A DNA stretch of 64,000 nt, taken from positions 96,001 through 160,000 of the forward strand of contig OY970342.1 of assembly GCA_963717505.1 (NCBI GenBank), written 5' to 3'. Below are positions 10,349-19,054 of this stretch, one piece after another. The DNA comes from Candidatus Eiseniibacteriota bacterium (GTDB lineage Bacteria; Eisenbacteria; RBG-16-71-46). Positions within the stretch are counted from its first letter, which is position 1, and every line of letters begins with the position of its first letter. The translations under genes and the position numbers were made by a program. The notes under the pieces are model-generated. The model was not told the DNA's origin and did no database searches. It saw only the letters and a list, made by a program, of their open reading frames with translations.

Positions 10349-10672
10349 CTAGAGCTTCAAGACCGTCGCGACGTGCACCACACCCGCGATCCAGCCGAGC
10401 CACTGGCCCACGGCGATCGTCAGGGCGAACAGAACCAGGACCAGGCCGGCGCGCGCGAGCGTCGGCGAACTGTCACGGTAGCGGTACAGTCGCACGATCA
10501 GCAGGGGAACCAGGACGCCCTTGACCAGCACGAAGACCCACCAATGATGGTGCGCGATGCCGGCGAGGAGCGGATTGCCTTCGCGGTTCCCGAACCAGTG
10601 AATGCCGAGCGCGGTCGCCACCAAGTCCATGCTGTTGGCAACGACAGCGAGGAAGAGAAAAAGACGCATCAT
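10349..10672 (-). CDS. DUF5658-like small membrane protein
   Basis: DLVATALG...EGNPLL...LVKG pattern; three TM segments. Confidence 0.7.
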   Translation of the reverse strand: MMRLFLFLAVVANSMDLVATALGIHWFGNREGNPLLAGIAHHHWWVFVLVKGVLVPLLIVRLYRYRDSSPTLARAGLVLVLFALTIAVGQWLGWIAGVVHVATVLKL

Positions 10673-10722
10673 GGGGGACTCCGAAACTCCTCGCGAACTT
10701 CCGGTGCTTTGTTCTTCGGGTG

Positions 10723-10737
10723 TGGCTCCGATTCTGC
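10723..10737 (+). promoter_or_regulatory. Possible sigma54 -24/-12 promoter upstream of pilD
   Basis: TGGCTCCGATTCTGC has GG-N10-GC spacing but is an imperfect match to TGGCAC-N5-TTGC. Confidence 0.3.
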
Positions 10738-10776
10738 CAGAGGAGCTCGGGGCTTTTCAATGATCGGAGATTTCTG

Positions 10777-11550
10777 GTGAGTCCGGCTCCCTGGATGTAC
10801 GCGCTGGCCGGCCTGCTGGGACTGGTGATGGGCAGCGCGGTCACCGCGATCGCCTACCGGGTCCCACGTGGAATCTCGTGGCTTCGGGGCCGATCGGCCT
10901 GTCCGGGATGCCAGACCCAGCTGGGGCTCGCCGACCTGATCCCGCTGTTTTCATGGCTTGCCAGCCGGGGCCGATGCCGCCACTGCGGCGTGCGGGTCGC
11001 GCTCCGCTATCCGCTGACCGAGGTCATCTGCGCCGTTTGGGCCGTTCTCCTCCTGCGTCTGACCGGCGTCACCCCGATCTACCCATTGCTCGCCATCTGG
11101 GGGTTCATGCTGGTGGCCCTCATGTGGATCGACCTCGACTTCCAGCTCCTCCCCGACGTCCTGACCTTTCCCGGCACCCTCCTGGCTCTGGCGGCCGTGC
11201 TCCAAGTCCCGGGAGGCGCCCGCCACGCGATCTTCGGGATCGCCGTGGGCAGCGGTATCCTTTGGCTCCTTGGCTGGGCCTACTTTCGGGTCCGAAAGGT
11301 CGAAGGTATGGGGTTTGGCGACGTCAAATTGGCAGCCATGTTCGGCGCGATCCTGGGCTGGCAGCTGACCCTTCTCACCCTCCTGATCGCCGCCCTGGCG
11401 GGCTCGCTTTGGGGTGGGTGGCTGATCCACCGTGGGCGCGGCGACGGCCAGACCGCACTCCCGTTCGGCACCCTGCTCGCGCCCGCCGCCATGGTCGTCT
11501 TCCTGTGGGGTGAGGGCTGGCTCAACGCCTACGCTGCGCTATGGCAATAG
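10777..11550 (+). CDS. pilD: Prepilin peptidase / N-methyltransferase
   Basis: RSACPGC...GRCRHC Zn motif, WIDLD, GMGFGDVKL, LPFG; GTG start with GGAGA upstream. Confidence 0.95.
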   Translation: MSPAPWMYALAGLLGLVMGSAVTAIAYRVPRGISWLRGRSACPGCQTQLGLADLIPLFSWLASRGRCRHCGVRVALRYPLTEVICAVWAVLLLRLTGVTPIYPLLAIWGFMLVALMWIDLDFQLLPDVLTFPGTLLALAAVLQVPGGARHAIFGIAVGSGILWLLGWAYFRVRKVEGMGFGDVKLAAMFGAILGWQLTLLTLLIAALAGSLWGGWLIHRGRGDGQTALPFGTLLAPAAMVVFLWGEGWLNAYAALWQ

Positions 11551-11915
11551 AGCACGTTCCGGCGGAGGAATATGGGCGGAGGATTCGGGCCCTGATGCGA
11601 CGCGGAGGGCTGGATTCCGGCCTGCCGCGCCGCCAGCGAGACCGGTGGATCCTGCTCCACGCGGTCGCGAGCCGATTTGGTCCCGAGGAACGGCTCGACG
11701 AAATCGACGCCACGGGCCGAATCGGGGATTTCCTGGCCCTGGAAGGGGTCGGCTGGAAGATCGACCGTGCGGCGCTCAGGCGAGCGCTGGTCGACGAGGG
11801 GTTCCTGGAACGAGACCCGGCGGGAACCAACTACCGGCGGTCGGTCCGCCATCGGGTCCGTGTGACTTTCGAGGACGTGCCCGAGGTCGCCGAAATTCTC
11901 GGAAGCGGAGGCTGA
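11541..11915 (+). CDS. DUF2087-like domain protein
   Basis: DRAALRRALVDEGFLERDPAGTNYRR motif. Confidence 0.7.
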   Translation: MAIEHVPAEEYGRRIRALMRRGGLDSGLPRRQRDRWILLHAVASRFGPEERLDEIDATGRIGDFLALEGVGWKIDRAALRRALVDEGFLERDPAGTNYRRSVRHRVRVTFEDVPEVAEILGSGG

Positions 11916-11978
11916 GGCGGGGCGAGCACGATCGTGCACGTTCGATCCGGGTGCGCTGGTGTCGAGATGACCGCAAAC

Positions 11979-12025
11979 AGAGCTTCCCTCCGAGGGCTTG
12001 CGCTCCCGGAGGGAAGTTCTTTTTC
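11979..12025 (+). terminator. Rho-independent terminator
   Basis: AGAGCTTCCCTCCG ... CGGAGGGAAGTTCT stem followed by a T-run, between convergent genes. Confidence 0.75.
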
Positions 12026-12044
12026 TGCGGAATACACGTGAACC

Positions 12045-12785
12045 CTAGTTGGAAGCCGCCTCTTCGACCTTGACCGGACGCAGGAGAATCTCGATGCGCC
12101 GGTTCTGTTCGCGACCCTCCGGGGTGGCGTTGTCCGCGCGCGGGCGCGCGTCACTCGCCGACACCACCAGCATCCGATTGGTCGCGATGCCGTTGTCCTG
12201 GAACAGACGCACGATGGTCGCCGAGCGCGCACCACCCAGTTCCCAGTTGGTGGGGTAACGCTGCGCCAGGGTGGGTCCGATCTTCTGGTTGTCGGCGTGC
12301 CCGATGACCAGGACCTCGTAGGTCGAGGTCTTCATCTCATCGGCAACCTTGGTCAGCAACTCCTTGCCGGCCTTGTCGAGATTCGCCGATCCCGACTTGA
12401 ACAGGATGTCCTGCGCCAGATTCACCCGGATGCCGTCGCGCACCTGCTGGATCTGGACGTGGCCGCTGCTGACCTCGGCCTGCAATTGGCCGACCAGTCC
12501 GTCGTAAGTGGACTGCATCTTCTGCTTTTCCTGTTTCTCGCGTTCGAGATCGGCGTTCAGCTGGTCGACCGAGGACTGCATCGACGCGACCTTCTGCTCG
12601 AGTTCCTGCCCCTTGGCGTTCGAAGCGTCCAGGTTCTTCTGCAGTTCGGCGTTCTTGGCCGCCAGCGACTCGGCGCTCTGCGTCGCTTCGAGGTACTTGG
12701 CTTTCGAAACACCACAGCCGGCCACGAGCGTCGTGGCCGCCAGCAAGATCACGACCGCGCGGGTCGTTCTCCAGCTCACGCTCAT
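12045..12785 (-). CDS. OmpA/MotB-family peptidoglycan-binding lipoprotein with coiled coil
   Basis: Lipobox VAGC, coiled coil, ILFKSGSA, GHADN, NWELGGARS, NRRIEI; RBS GAGGAGG. Confidence 0.88.
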   Translation of the reverse strand: MSVSWRTTRAVVILLAATTLVAGCGVSKAKYLEATQSAESLAAKNAELQKNLDASNAKGQELEQKVASMQSSVDQLNADLEREKQEKQKMQSTYDGLVGQLQAEVSSGHVQIQQVRDGIRVNLAQDILFKSGSANLDKAGKELLTKVADEMKTSTYEVLVIGHADNQKIGPTLAQRYPTNWELGGARSATIVRLFQDNGIATNRMLVVSASDARPRADNATPEGREQNRRIEILLRPVKVEEAASN

Positions 12786-12829
12786 CGCGTCCTCCTCGAT
12801 TGGGGGTGAAGGATCCGTATCCGACCGGG

Positions 12830-12857
12830 ATGATCGGGGTTCCCGCGATTCTGTCAA
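12830..12857 (-). promoter_or_regulatory. Putative sigma70 promoter for the MotB-like gene
   Basis: TTGACA-N16-GATCAT on the minus strand about 45 nt upstream of the ATG. Confidence 0.45.
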
Positions 12858-12867
12858 CCGCAAAAGC

Positions 12868-13524
12868 TCAACTGCCGAGCTTGATCACCAGGCCGAGAGT
12901 GGCATCGCCCTGAGCGATCGCCGTGCCGCTCACGCTCACGCCGCCCCCGCCGGTGCCGAACCACACGCTGCCGCCCCACAGCTGAGTGGGCAGCAGCAGG
13001 CGCGCCTGGGCCCGCAGGGCCACCTTCTCGTTGACCTCGAAGCGAATCCCGCCGCCGACCGCGAGCGAGAACACCGTCGTGCTGTTCACGTTGACCCCGC
13101 TGGCTGCGCCGGTCGGACTGAAGATGGTCATGCCGATTCCGCCGGTCGCGAACGGAGCTGCCTTGCCGCCGGTCGGAAGGTACTTGGTGCCGCCCGCCTG
13201 AATGTAGTGCGTATCCAGGTCCATCAGCCGGAAGTGGGGCAGCCCGCGCGGACGAGCGGTGACTTCCGAGCTCTGAAACCAGTAACTCACGTCCACGAAC
13301 TCGTTCGGCCGCGTCTCGACGCTGAGCATGCCGCCGTAGCTGGGCGCGGCCTCGATGTGGACACTGCCATCCGTGTAGTCGAGCGTGCCGCCCCACATGT
13401 ATCCGGCGAACGGGATCAGTTCGACGCTCCGCTGGGCGTGGGCGACTGGAACGACGAACAGCGCCATCGACATCGCGAACCCGAATCCGGCCGCGACGGC
13501 CATTCTCAATTTTGGTGAATTCAT
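12868..13524 (-). CDS. Outer-membrane beta-barrel protein (8-stranded OmpA-TM-like)
   Basis: Signal peptide ending AHA; alternating aromatic/Gly strands (PFATGGIG, SLAVGGGIRF). Confidence 0.75.
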   Translation of the reverse strand: MNSPKLRMAVAAGFGFAMSMALFVVPVAHAQRSVELIPFAGYMWGGTLDYTDGSVHIEAAPSYGGMLSVETRPNEFVDVSYWFQSSEVTARPRGLPHFRLMDLDTHYIQAGGTKYLPTGGKAAPFATGGIGMTIFSPTGAASGVNVNSTTVFSLAVGGGIRFEVNEKVALRAQARLLLPTQLWGGSVWFGTGGGGVSVSGTAIAQGDATLGLVIKLGS

Positions 13525-13624
13525 GCCAGGGTCCTTTCAGGCGAACGTCGAGTTCTGCTCGACAGCGTCGAGACAGGATACGAGTGCGTGCGATGAACTG
13601 CCAACTCGGCCCAGGTGCGTGCCT

Positions 13625-14467
13625 TCATGTCCGGCGCAGCGGACGCAGCCCCGCGAACAGATCGGTCTCGGACTCGCGTCCGCCGTTCACGGTGCTGAAC
13701 GAGCGATAGAAGCGCTGGACACCCCACAGTTCGGCGCGTTGCTGGGGCGACAGGGCGAGCATGCGTTGATAGCCCGAGACCTGGGACTCGTGGCACATCA
13801 CCGCCTGCCATACCGTGTCTTGGTGAACTCGGGTGTCGAGCGTGGTGGTGATCAGCCAGTCGGGCCACGCCACCGCGGTCCGCTCGACGCCGTCGACGAC
13901 GCTGCGCAGCCGGACCACAGCGGACTGATAGGCGTCGAGGCTTGCCTGGCTCCCGACCATGAAGTAGAGCTTGGCGACCGCGTGCGGGGCGGAACCGCCG
14001 GCGCCGGCGGCATGCGCCGGATCGGCGGCGGCCACGACCGCCGCCGAGGTCAGCTGGGAGATCGCGACGTGATCCGGATGGCCGTAGGCGCCGTCGGGCG
14101 GAAACGTGATCACCACGTGCGGTCGCAGCCGGCGGATGTGGTGCGCGACCCGCCCGATCGCCTCGATCGGATCGACGCGGTCGAGCGAACCGTCCATGTA
14201 GCCGAGCAGCGTGAGGTCGCGCACGCCAAGAATGGCCGCGGCCGCGCGCAGCTCGGCCTCTCGAATGCGCCCGAGTCCCTCGGGTCCCGGATGGTTCGGT
14301 CCGTCCCGTTCGCCGCGGTAGCGCCCCTTCTGCCCGAGCGTGGCGGTGATCAACGCGAGATCGATCCCTTGGGCGGCGTAGTGCGCCAGCGTGCCGCCGA
14401 CACCGAGCGACTCGTCGTCGGGGTGCGCGAGCACGGCGAGCAGACGCAACGAGTGGTTGTTGCTCAC
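13625..14467 (-). CDS. PIG-L/LmbE-family deacetylase (MshB-like)
   Basis: AHPDDE, REAEL, YGHPDH, CHESQ motifs; GTG start inferred. Confidence 0.92.
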   Translation of the reverse strand: MSNNHSLRLLAVLAHPDDESLGVGGTLAHYAAQGIDLALITATLGQKGRYRGERDGPNHPGPEGLGRIREAELRAAAAILGVRDLTLLGYMDGSLDRVDPIEAIGRVAHHIRRLRPHVVITFPPDGAYGHPDHVAISQLTSAAVVAAADPAHAAGAGGSAPHAVAKLYFMVGSQASLDAYQSAVVRLRSVVDGVERTAVAWPDWLITTTLDTRVHQDTVWQAVMCHESQVSGYQRMLALSPQQRAELWGVQRFYRSFSTVNGGRESETDLFAGLRPLRRT

Positions 14468-14507
14468 GAGCGTCTTCCCTCCCGCGTGCGCGGGACAGCG
14501 ACCCGGC

Positions 14508-15611
14508 TCACGAGAACACCCGCTCGTGCATGCGCAGGTCGGGAATCCCACGGGCCGCGTTCACGATGCGCTCGAGGTCGGCCGCGCGCAGCTCCTGGTG
14601 CACCGGCAACAGGATGACACCGGCGCGCCGTCGCGCGGCTCCGGGGAACCGGTCCGCCGGCAGCGCCGGATGCGGCGCCGACCACGCGTCGATCGCATCA
14701 ATGCCATGTGCGGCCAGTTGGGCGATCGCGCGCCCTTTGTCCGCCACGAACAGCGGGAACGCATGGGGACTCGCTCCTTCCGGGTCGCGTCCGAACGGAT
14801 CGGGGGCGCGGCTCGGGAGTGCAGCCTGCAGTCGCCGGTAGTTCTGCCGGCGTCGGTCGGCGACCTCGGTCAGCGCCAGGCGCTGAATGAGCCTTTCGGA
14901 CATCGCGAACGCGGGGCTGTCCGGGTCGCCGAGGGCAATGCGAGACGAGATCGAACGCGGCGACCCGTTCCGCATCGTCCACGACCACCCCACCGGGCCC
15001 AGCCGTCCCGTGAGCCACTCACCATGCCTGGCGAGCATGGCAGACGTGCCCATGGCCCCCGCGCGATCGGCGACCAGGCGCACGCCCCGCAATACGGCGG
15101 CGCCACCATCCGGGATTCCGATCGACTCGTGGAAGCTGAACATCGCCAGGTCACCGAATGTGCCCAGCGGTTGACCACCCGCGGTCCCGAGCCAGCCCTG
15201 GGTCACGTCTTCGACCAGCAGAAGGTCGCGATCGTCGCACCAAGCCCGCCAAGCCGGCGCGTCCTGCGCGAATCCGAGGTAGTGGATCAAGTGCAGCGCG
15301 CGCACGCTGGAGTCCAGGAGCGACTCGAGCTCGGCCGGGTCGGGCGCGAGGCTCGGGCGCGCCTCGTACCATTTGAGTGACAGTCCGGCACGAACGTAGG
15401 CCTCGATCTCCGCACCGTCGTGATACGCCGGCACCAGCACACAATGCCCCGCACCGAGGGCCAGCTGGCCAAGACCGTGAGACAGCCCCTGCCGCGCGCC
15501 GGCGAACAGACGCAACGGTCCCCTCTCGAGTGGAAACGGCAGCGCGTCGAGCGGGCGCCGCAGGTGAACCCACGGCGGCAAGGGTGGCGTGACCGTGAGG
15601 AGTCGGTTCAT
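14508..15611 (-). CDS. DegT/DnrJ/EryC1/StrS aminotransferase-like protein, catalytic Lys apparently replaced
   Basis: HYLGF, VEDVTQ, FSFHESIGIPDGG, RRRQNY, LPVHQ. Confidence 0.8.
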   Translation of the reverse strand: MNRLLTVTPPLPPWVHLRRPLDALPFPLERGPLRLFAGARQGLSHGLGQLALGAGHCVLVPAYHDGAEIEAYVRAGLSLKWYEARPSLAPDPAELESLLDSSVRALHLIHYLGFAQDAPAWRAWCDDRDLLLVEDVTQGWLGTAGGQPLGTFGDLAMFSFHESIGIPDGGAAVLRGVRLVADRAGAMGTSAMLARHGEWLTGRLGPVGWSWTMRNGSPRSISSRIALGDPDSPAFAMSERLIQRLALTEVADRRRQNYRRLQAALPSRAPDPFGRDPEGASPHAFPLFVADKGRAIAQLAAHGIDAIDAWSAPHPALPADRFPGAARRRAGVILLPVHQELRAADLERIVNAARGIPDLRMHERVFS

Positions 15612-15706
15612 GAGACGTCCGTTCTTCGGCTCCTTGCGCCGGCCCACACAATCCGTTGAGAATGAGCTGCAACGGTCACGCACTCTACTATAAGGAATCG
15701 GATCTC

Positions 15707-16090
15707 GTGTTGAACGTCCAGACCTCGCCCGGCGAGTTCCTCGACAAGCTCACGATCCTCGAGATCAAGTCGGCGCGCATGGCCGACTCGGGGAAGCTGG
15801 CCAACGTGCGCCGCGAGCTCGAGCTGTTGCGCTCGACCTGGGCAGCATCGCCGCTCGCGGGGCGCGACGTCGCGGCACTGGTCGCTCAGCTCCGCCAGGT
15901 CAACGAGTCGCTGTGGGAGATCGAAGACCGGATTCGCGCCAAGGAGGCCACTCAGGCGTTCGACGCCGAGTTCATCGAGCTGGCGCGCTCGGTCTATCGC
16001 ACCAACGACCGCCGGGCCGCGATCAAGCGCGAGCTGAACCTGGCGCTGGGGTCCGAGCTGATCGAGGAGAAGAGCTACAAGCCCTATTGA
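15707..16090 (+). CDS. DUF6165-like protein
   Basis: SPGEFLDKLTILEIK, LWEIEDRIR, ARSVYRTNDRRA, EEKSY. Confidence 0.82.
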   Translation: MLNVQTSPGEFLDKLTILEIKSARMADSGKLANVRRELELLRSTWAASPLAGRDVAALVAQLRQVNESLWEIEDRIRAKEATQAFDAEFIELARSVYRTNDRRAAIKRELNLALGSELIEEKSYKPY

Positions 16091-16159
16091 AGCGGTGCAG
16101 GCTCAGGATGCATCCTGCGCCGGCAAGATCCGGGTGAAGCGACCAGGGAGGCGGTCGAA

Positions 16160-17854
16160 ATGGATATGCGGTCGATTCTGAGGTTCTCGCTCTTCGCCGC
16201 GATGGCCGTCGGAATCCTCGCGTGCCCAGCACCGGTGGCCGCGCAAGAGTCAGCGCCCCTTCCCTCCCTCGCAACACCGACGACTGCTGATCGCGACGAC
16301 GAATCGGTTCCGGTCGTCGTGTGGAATCAGGAGATTACCCGCCTGCGCTCGTCGCTTCAGGGTCTCTCCGCCGCCGAGCGCGCGGAGCGCGCCGCGCGCC
16401 GCATCCTGGCCATTCCTGCGGGACTTCCCGAGTACCAGATCGAGGCGCGGCCTGCGGCACTCGGCGACACCTCGAGTGTCGTGATCTTCGTCAACGGCAT
16501 GCTGACCGTATGGCTGCTCGAGCAGGATGCCGACCTCGCAGCCGGGGAGTCGCTCAACGTCGCGTCCGCGCGGGCGGTGGCTAATCTCAGGGCCTGGCTC
16601 GCGAGCCGGAACGAGCAACTGCACTGGCCGGCCTTCTTGCGCGGCCTGGCCTGGGCGATCGGCGCAACGTTGGTCGCCATTCTGGCCATGGTCCTGCTGC
16701 TGCGCGTCGCCCGGCTCCTGTTGGGTCGGATCGCCGGCTCACCGCACGGCGCGAAACGCCCGCTGCGGATCGGCCAGGTCGACGTGCGCCCGTACCTGCA
16801 CGCGATCGAAGCCATCCTGGTGCGAACGCTCACCTGGGCGGGCGGGGCGACCGTGATCTACCTCTGGCTCACGTTCGTGCTCCATCAGTTCCCCTACACC
16901 CGCCCCTGGGGCCATCAGTTGGGCGGTTTCATCACCACGGTGCTGCGAAACCTCGGGCTGAGCTTCATCCAATCGCTTCCCAATCTGTTCGTGGTGTTCG
17001 TGATCTACTTCGTAACGCGAATGCTGAGCCGCTTCATCACCGCGTTCTTCGCCAGCGCGGAATCCCAGTGGATCCAGGTCGAGATCGCGCGCGCCACCCG
17101 GCGGCTGGCGGTCGCGCTCTTGTGGGTGTTCGCGCTGATCGTGGCCTACCCCTATCTGCCCGGTTCGGGAACCGCGGCGTTCCAGGGAGTCAGCGTGTTC
17201 ATCGGACTGATGGTGTCGCTGGGTTCGAGCGGTATCGTCAGTCAGCTGCTGGGTGGCCTGGTAGTGGTCTACACCCGCGCCTTCAGCGTCGGCGAGTACG
17301 TGCGGATCGGCGAGCACGAGGGCACGGTGACCGAGATCGGGGCGCTGGCCGCCAAGGTGCAGACCCGCCGCAAGGAGGAGATCACCATTCCCTATTCGGT
17401 CCTGGTGAGCTCGGCGACGGTCAACTACTCGCGCCAAGCGAAGTCGGTGGGCGGCGCCCGGGTCATGACCCAGGTCGCGATCGGCTACGACGCGCCCTGG
17501 CGTCAGGTCGAAGCCATGCTGCTCGGTGCGGCAAAGAAGACCCGGATGGTGTTGGGCGAGCCGGCGCCGCTGGTTCTCAAGACCAACTTGTCGGATTTCG
17601 CCATCGAGTATCAGCTGATCGTGAGCATCGCGCGCGCCGAGGAGCGCTACCTCATGCTCTCCGAGCTGCACTCGAACATCCTCGACGCGTTCAACGAGCA
17701 CGGCGTCCAGATCATGACCCCGCACTTCGAGGGGCAGCCCGAGGGCGCGGTGGTAGTGCCGCGCACTCGCTGGTTCCAAGCTCCGGCGCCGCAGGACGAC
17801 GCCGCGGCGCGCACCCGCTCCACCGAATCCGAGGGGCGCTCGACCCCAGGCTGA
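16160..17854 (+). CDS. MscS-family mechanosensitive channel with periplasmic N-terminal domain
   Basis: Signal peptide, several TMs, YPYLPGSG...FSVGEYVRIG...IGYDAPWRQV, IMTPHF. Confidence 0.9.
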   Translation: MDMRSILRFSLFAAMAVGILACPAPVAAQESAPLPSLATPTTADRDDESVPVVVWNQEITRLRSSLQGLSAAERAERAARRILAIPAGLPEYQIEARPAALGDTSSVVIFVNGMLTVWLLEQDADLAAGESLNVASARAVANLRAWLASRNEQLHWPAFLRGLAWAIGATLVAILAMVLLLRVARLLLGRIAGSPHGAKRPLRIGQVDVRPYLHAIEAILVRTLTWAGGATVIYLWLTFVLHQFPYTRPWGHQLGGFITTVLRNLGLSFIQSLPNLFVVFVIYFVTRMLSRFITAFFASAESQWIQVEIARATRRLAVALLWVFALIVAYPYLPGSGTAAFQGVSVFIGLMVSLGSSGIVSQLLGGLVVVYTRAFSVGEYVRIGEHEGTVTEIGALAAKVQTRRKEEITIPYSVLVSSATVNYSRQAKSVGGARVMTQVAIGYDAPWRQVEAMLLGAAKKTRMVLGEPAPLVLKTNLSDFAIEYQLIVSIARAEERYLMLSELHSNILDAFNEHGVQIMTPHFEGQPEGAVVVPRTRWFQAPAPQDDAAARTRSTESEGRSTPG

Positions 17855-18024
17855 CCCGGGCTGGCATTCGGCGTGCATTCTCGGCCGCGGCCCAGCCCAT
17901 GCAGCTCCATCCTCGACATCGACGCGCCTCCGCGCCCCCGGCGCCCGAGGCAAACGGCGACCGCCCCCCGGTTCGCACGCCTGGGCATTGCAAGACTCCC
18001 GGCCCGGACACGCAGCCGACCTGG

Positions 18025-18756
18025 ATGCTCGGGATTCTCGCCTGGCGGGCGGCGGCGCACTTGCTGCGCGAGCGCACCTACGCCTCGCCCATCACGGTGC
18101 TGATCGTCACCATCAATCTGCTCGTCCACTTCTGCCTCAGCCTCGGCGGTGAGGAGCTGATCCTATGGGGCTGGCAATGGTTCGCCTTGTCGAGCACGTT
18201 GGTGCTCGAACAAGGTCAAGTATGGCGGGTCGTGACCAGCTCGTGGATTCACGCCGACTACGGTCACGTCTTCAGCAACTGTGTGGCGATCTTCGTCGTC
18301 GGCCTCGCCCTCGAGCCCGTCTTGGCGACTTGGAAGTTCGCACTTCTCTATGCCCTGGCGACCGTGACCGCCTCCGTGGTTTCTCTGGTGTGCGGCTACG
18401 ACTGGTCGGCCGGGGCCTCGGACGGCGCCTATGCCTTGATTGGCGCGATGCTGGTCGTGCCGGTGTGTAGGAAGCTTCGGCCAGCGCTCTTGCTTTGGGG
18501 CTTGATCGCCATCTTCGTGGCTAGCGACATGTCGGGGGAGTACGTGGACGACCAAGTCAACGTCGCCGCACACATCGCGGGGCTGGTGGTCGGCGTGCTG
18601 ATTGGCACCTGGTCCGGCCGCGGGGCCACAGAGCGCGAGTGGACCGAGGATGTGTCGCCGACCGAGCCGATGATCGACGCCGCTATGCGCGCGGGAACCA
18701 TTCGGCCCATGCCACGGCAACCCAGCTCTCGATTCCGCGTGCGCGGCCGAATCTGA
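18025..18756 (+). CDS. Rhomboid-family intramembrane serine protease
   Basis: WRVVTSSWIHADYGHVFSN, catalytic GAS (AGASDG) and AAHIAG; start uncertain. Confidence 0.8.
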   Translation: MLGILAWRAAAHLLRERTYASPITVLIVTINLLVHFCLSLGGEELILWGWQWFALSSTLVLEQGQVWRVVTSSWIHADYGHVFSNCVAIFVVGLALEPVLATWKFALLYALATVTASVVSLVCGYDWSAGASDGAYALIGAMLVVPVCRKLRPALLLWGLIAIFVASDMSGEYVDDQVNVAAHIAGLVVGVLIGTWSGRGATEREWTEDVSPTEPMIDAAMRAGTIRPMPRQPSSRFRVRGRI

Positions 18757-18923
18757 TCGGGTCGCACGTCCGACAACGAATCGGCCGAGCTCGGCCGCCG
18801 GCCGGTAACTTGCCGGCTCCAGACCTCACCGGCGTGCAATCTGCCGGGTGACCAACCGCCACTTCGGGGGTCCACCCCACCGCAAGTCGCGCAGTCACAA
18901 CGTCTCGTCGGAAATGCCATGCG

Positions 18924-18940
18924 AGGCCCGCATCTTGCAT
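18924..18940 (+). promoter_or_regulatory. Putative sigma54 promoter for the coiled-coil gene
   Basis: AGGCCCGCATCTTGCAT matches GGCAC-N5-TTGCA with exact GG-N10-GC spacing; palindromic boxes lie 80-120 nt upstream. Confidence 0.55.
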
Positions 18941-19054
18941 GACCCCTCGGCTCCAAACCCCTTCCCGCTCCTCGCCGATGGCAGGAGCGTTCACCTCATC
19001 GCGCGGCTGAACTCGGTCCCATGGCCCAGGGCGGCGCGTCCGGAGGAGCGTACG

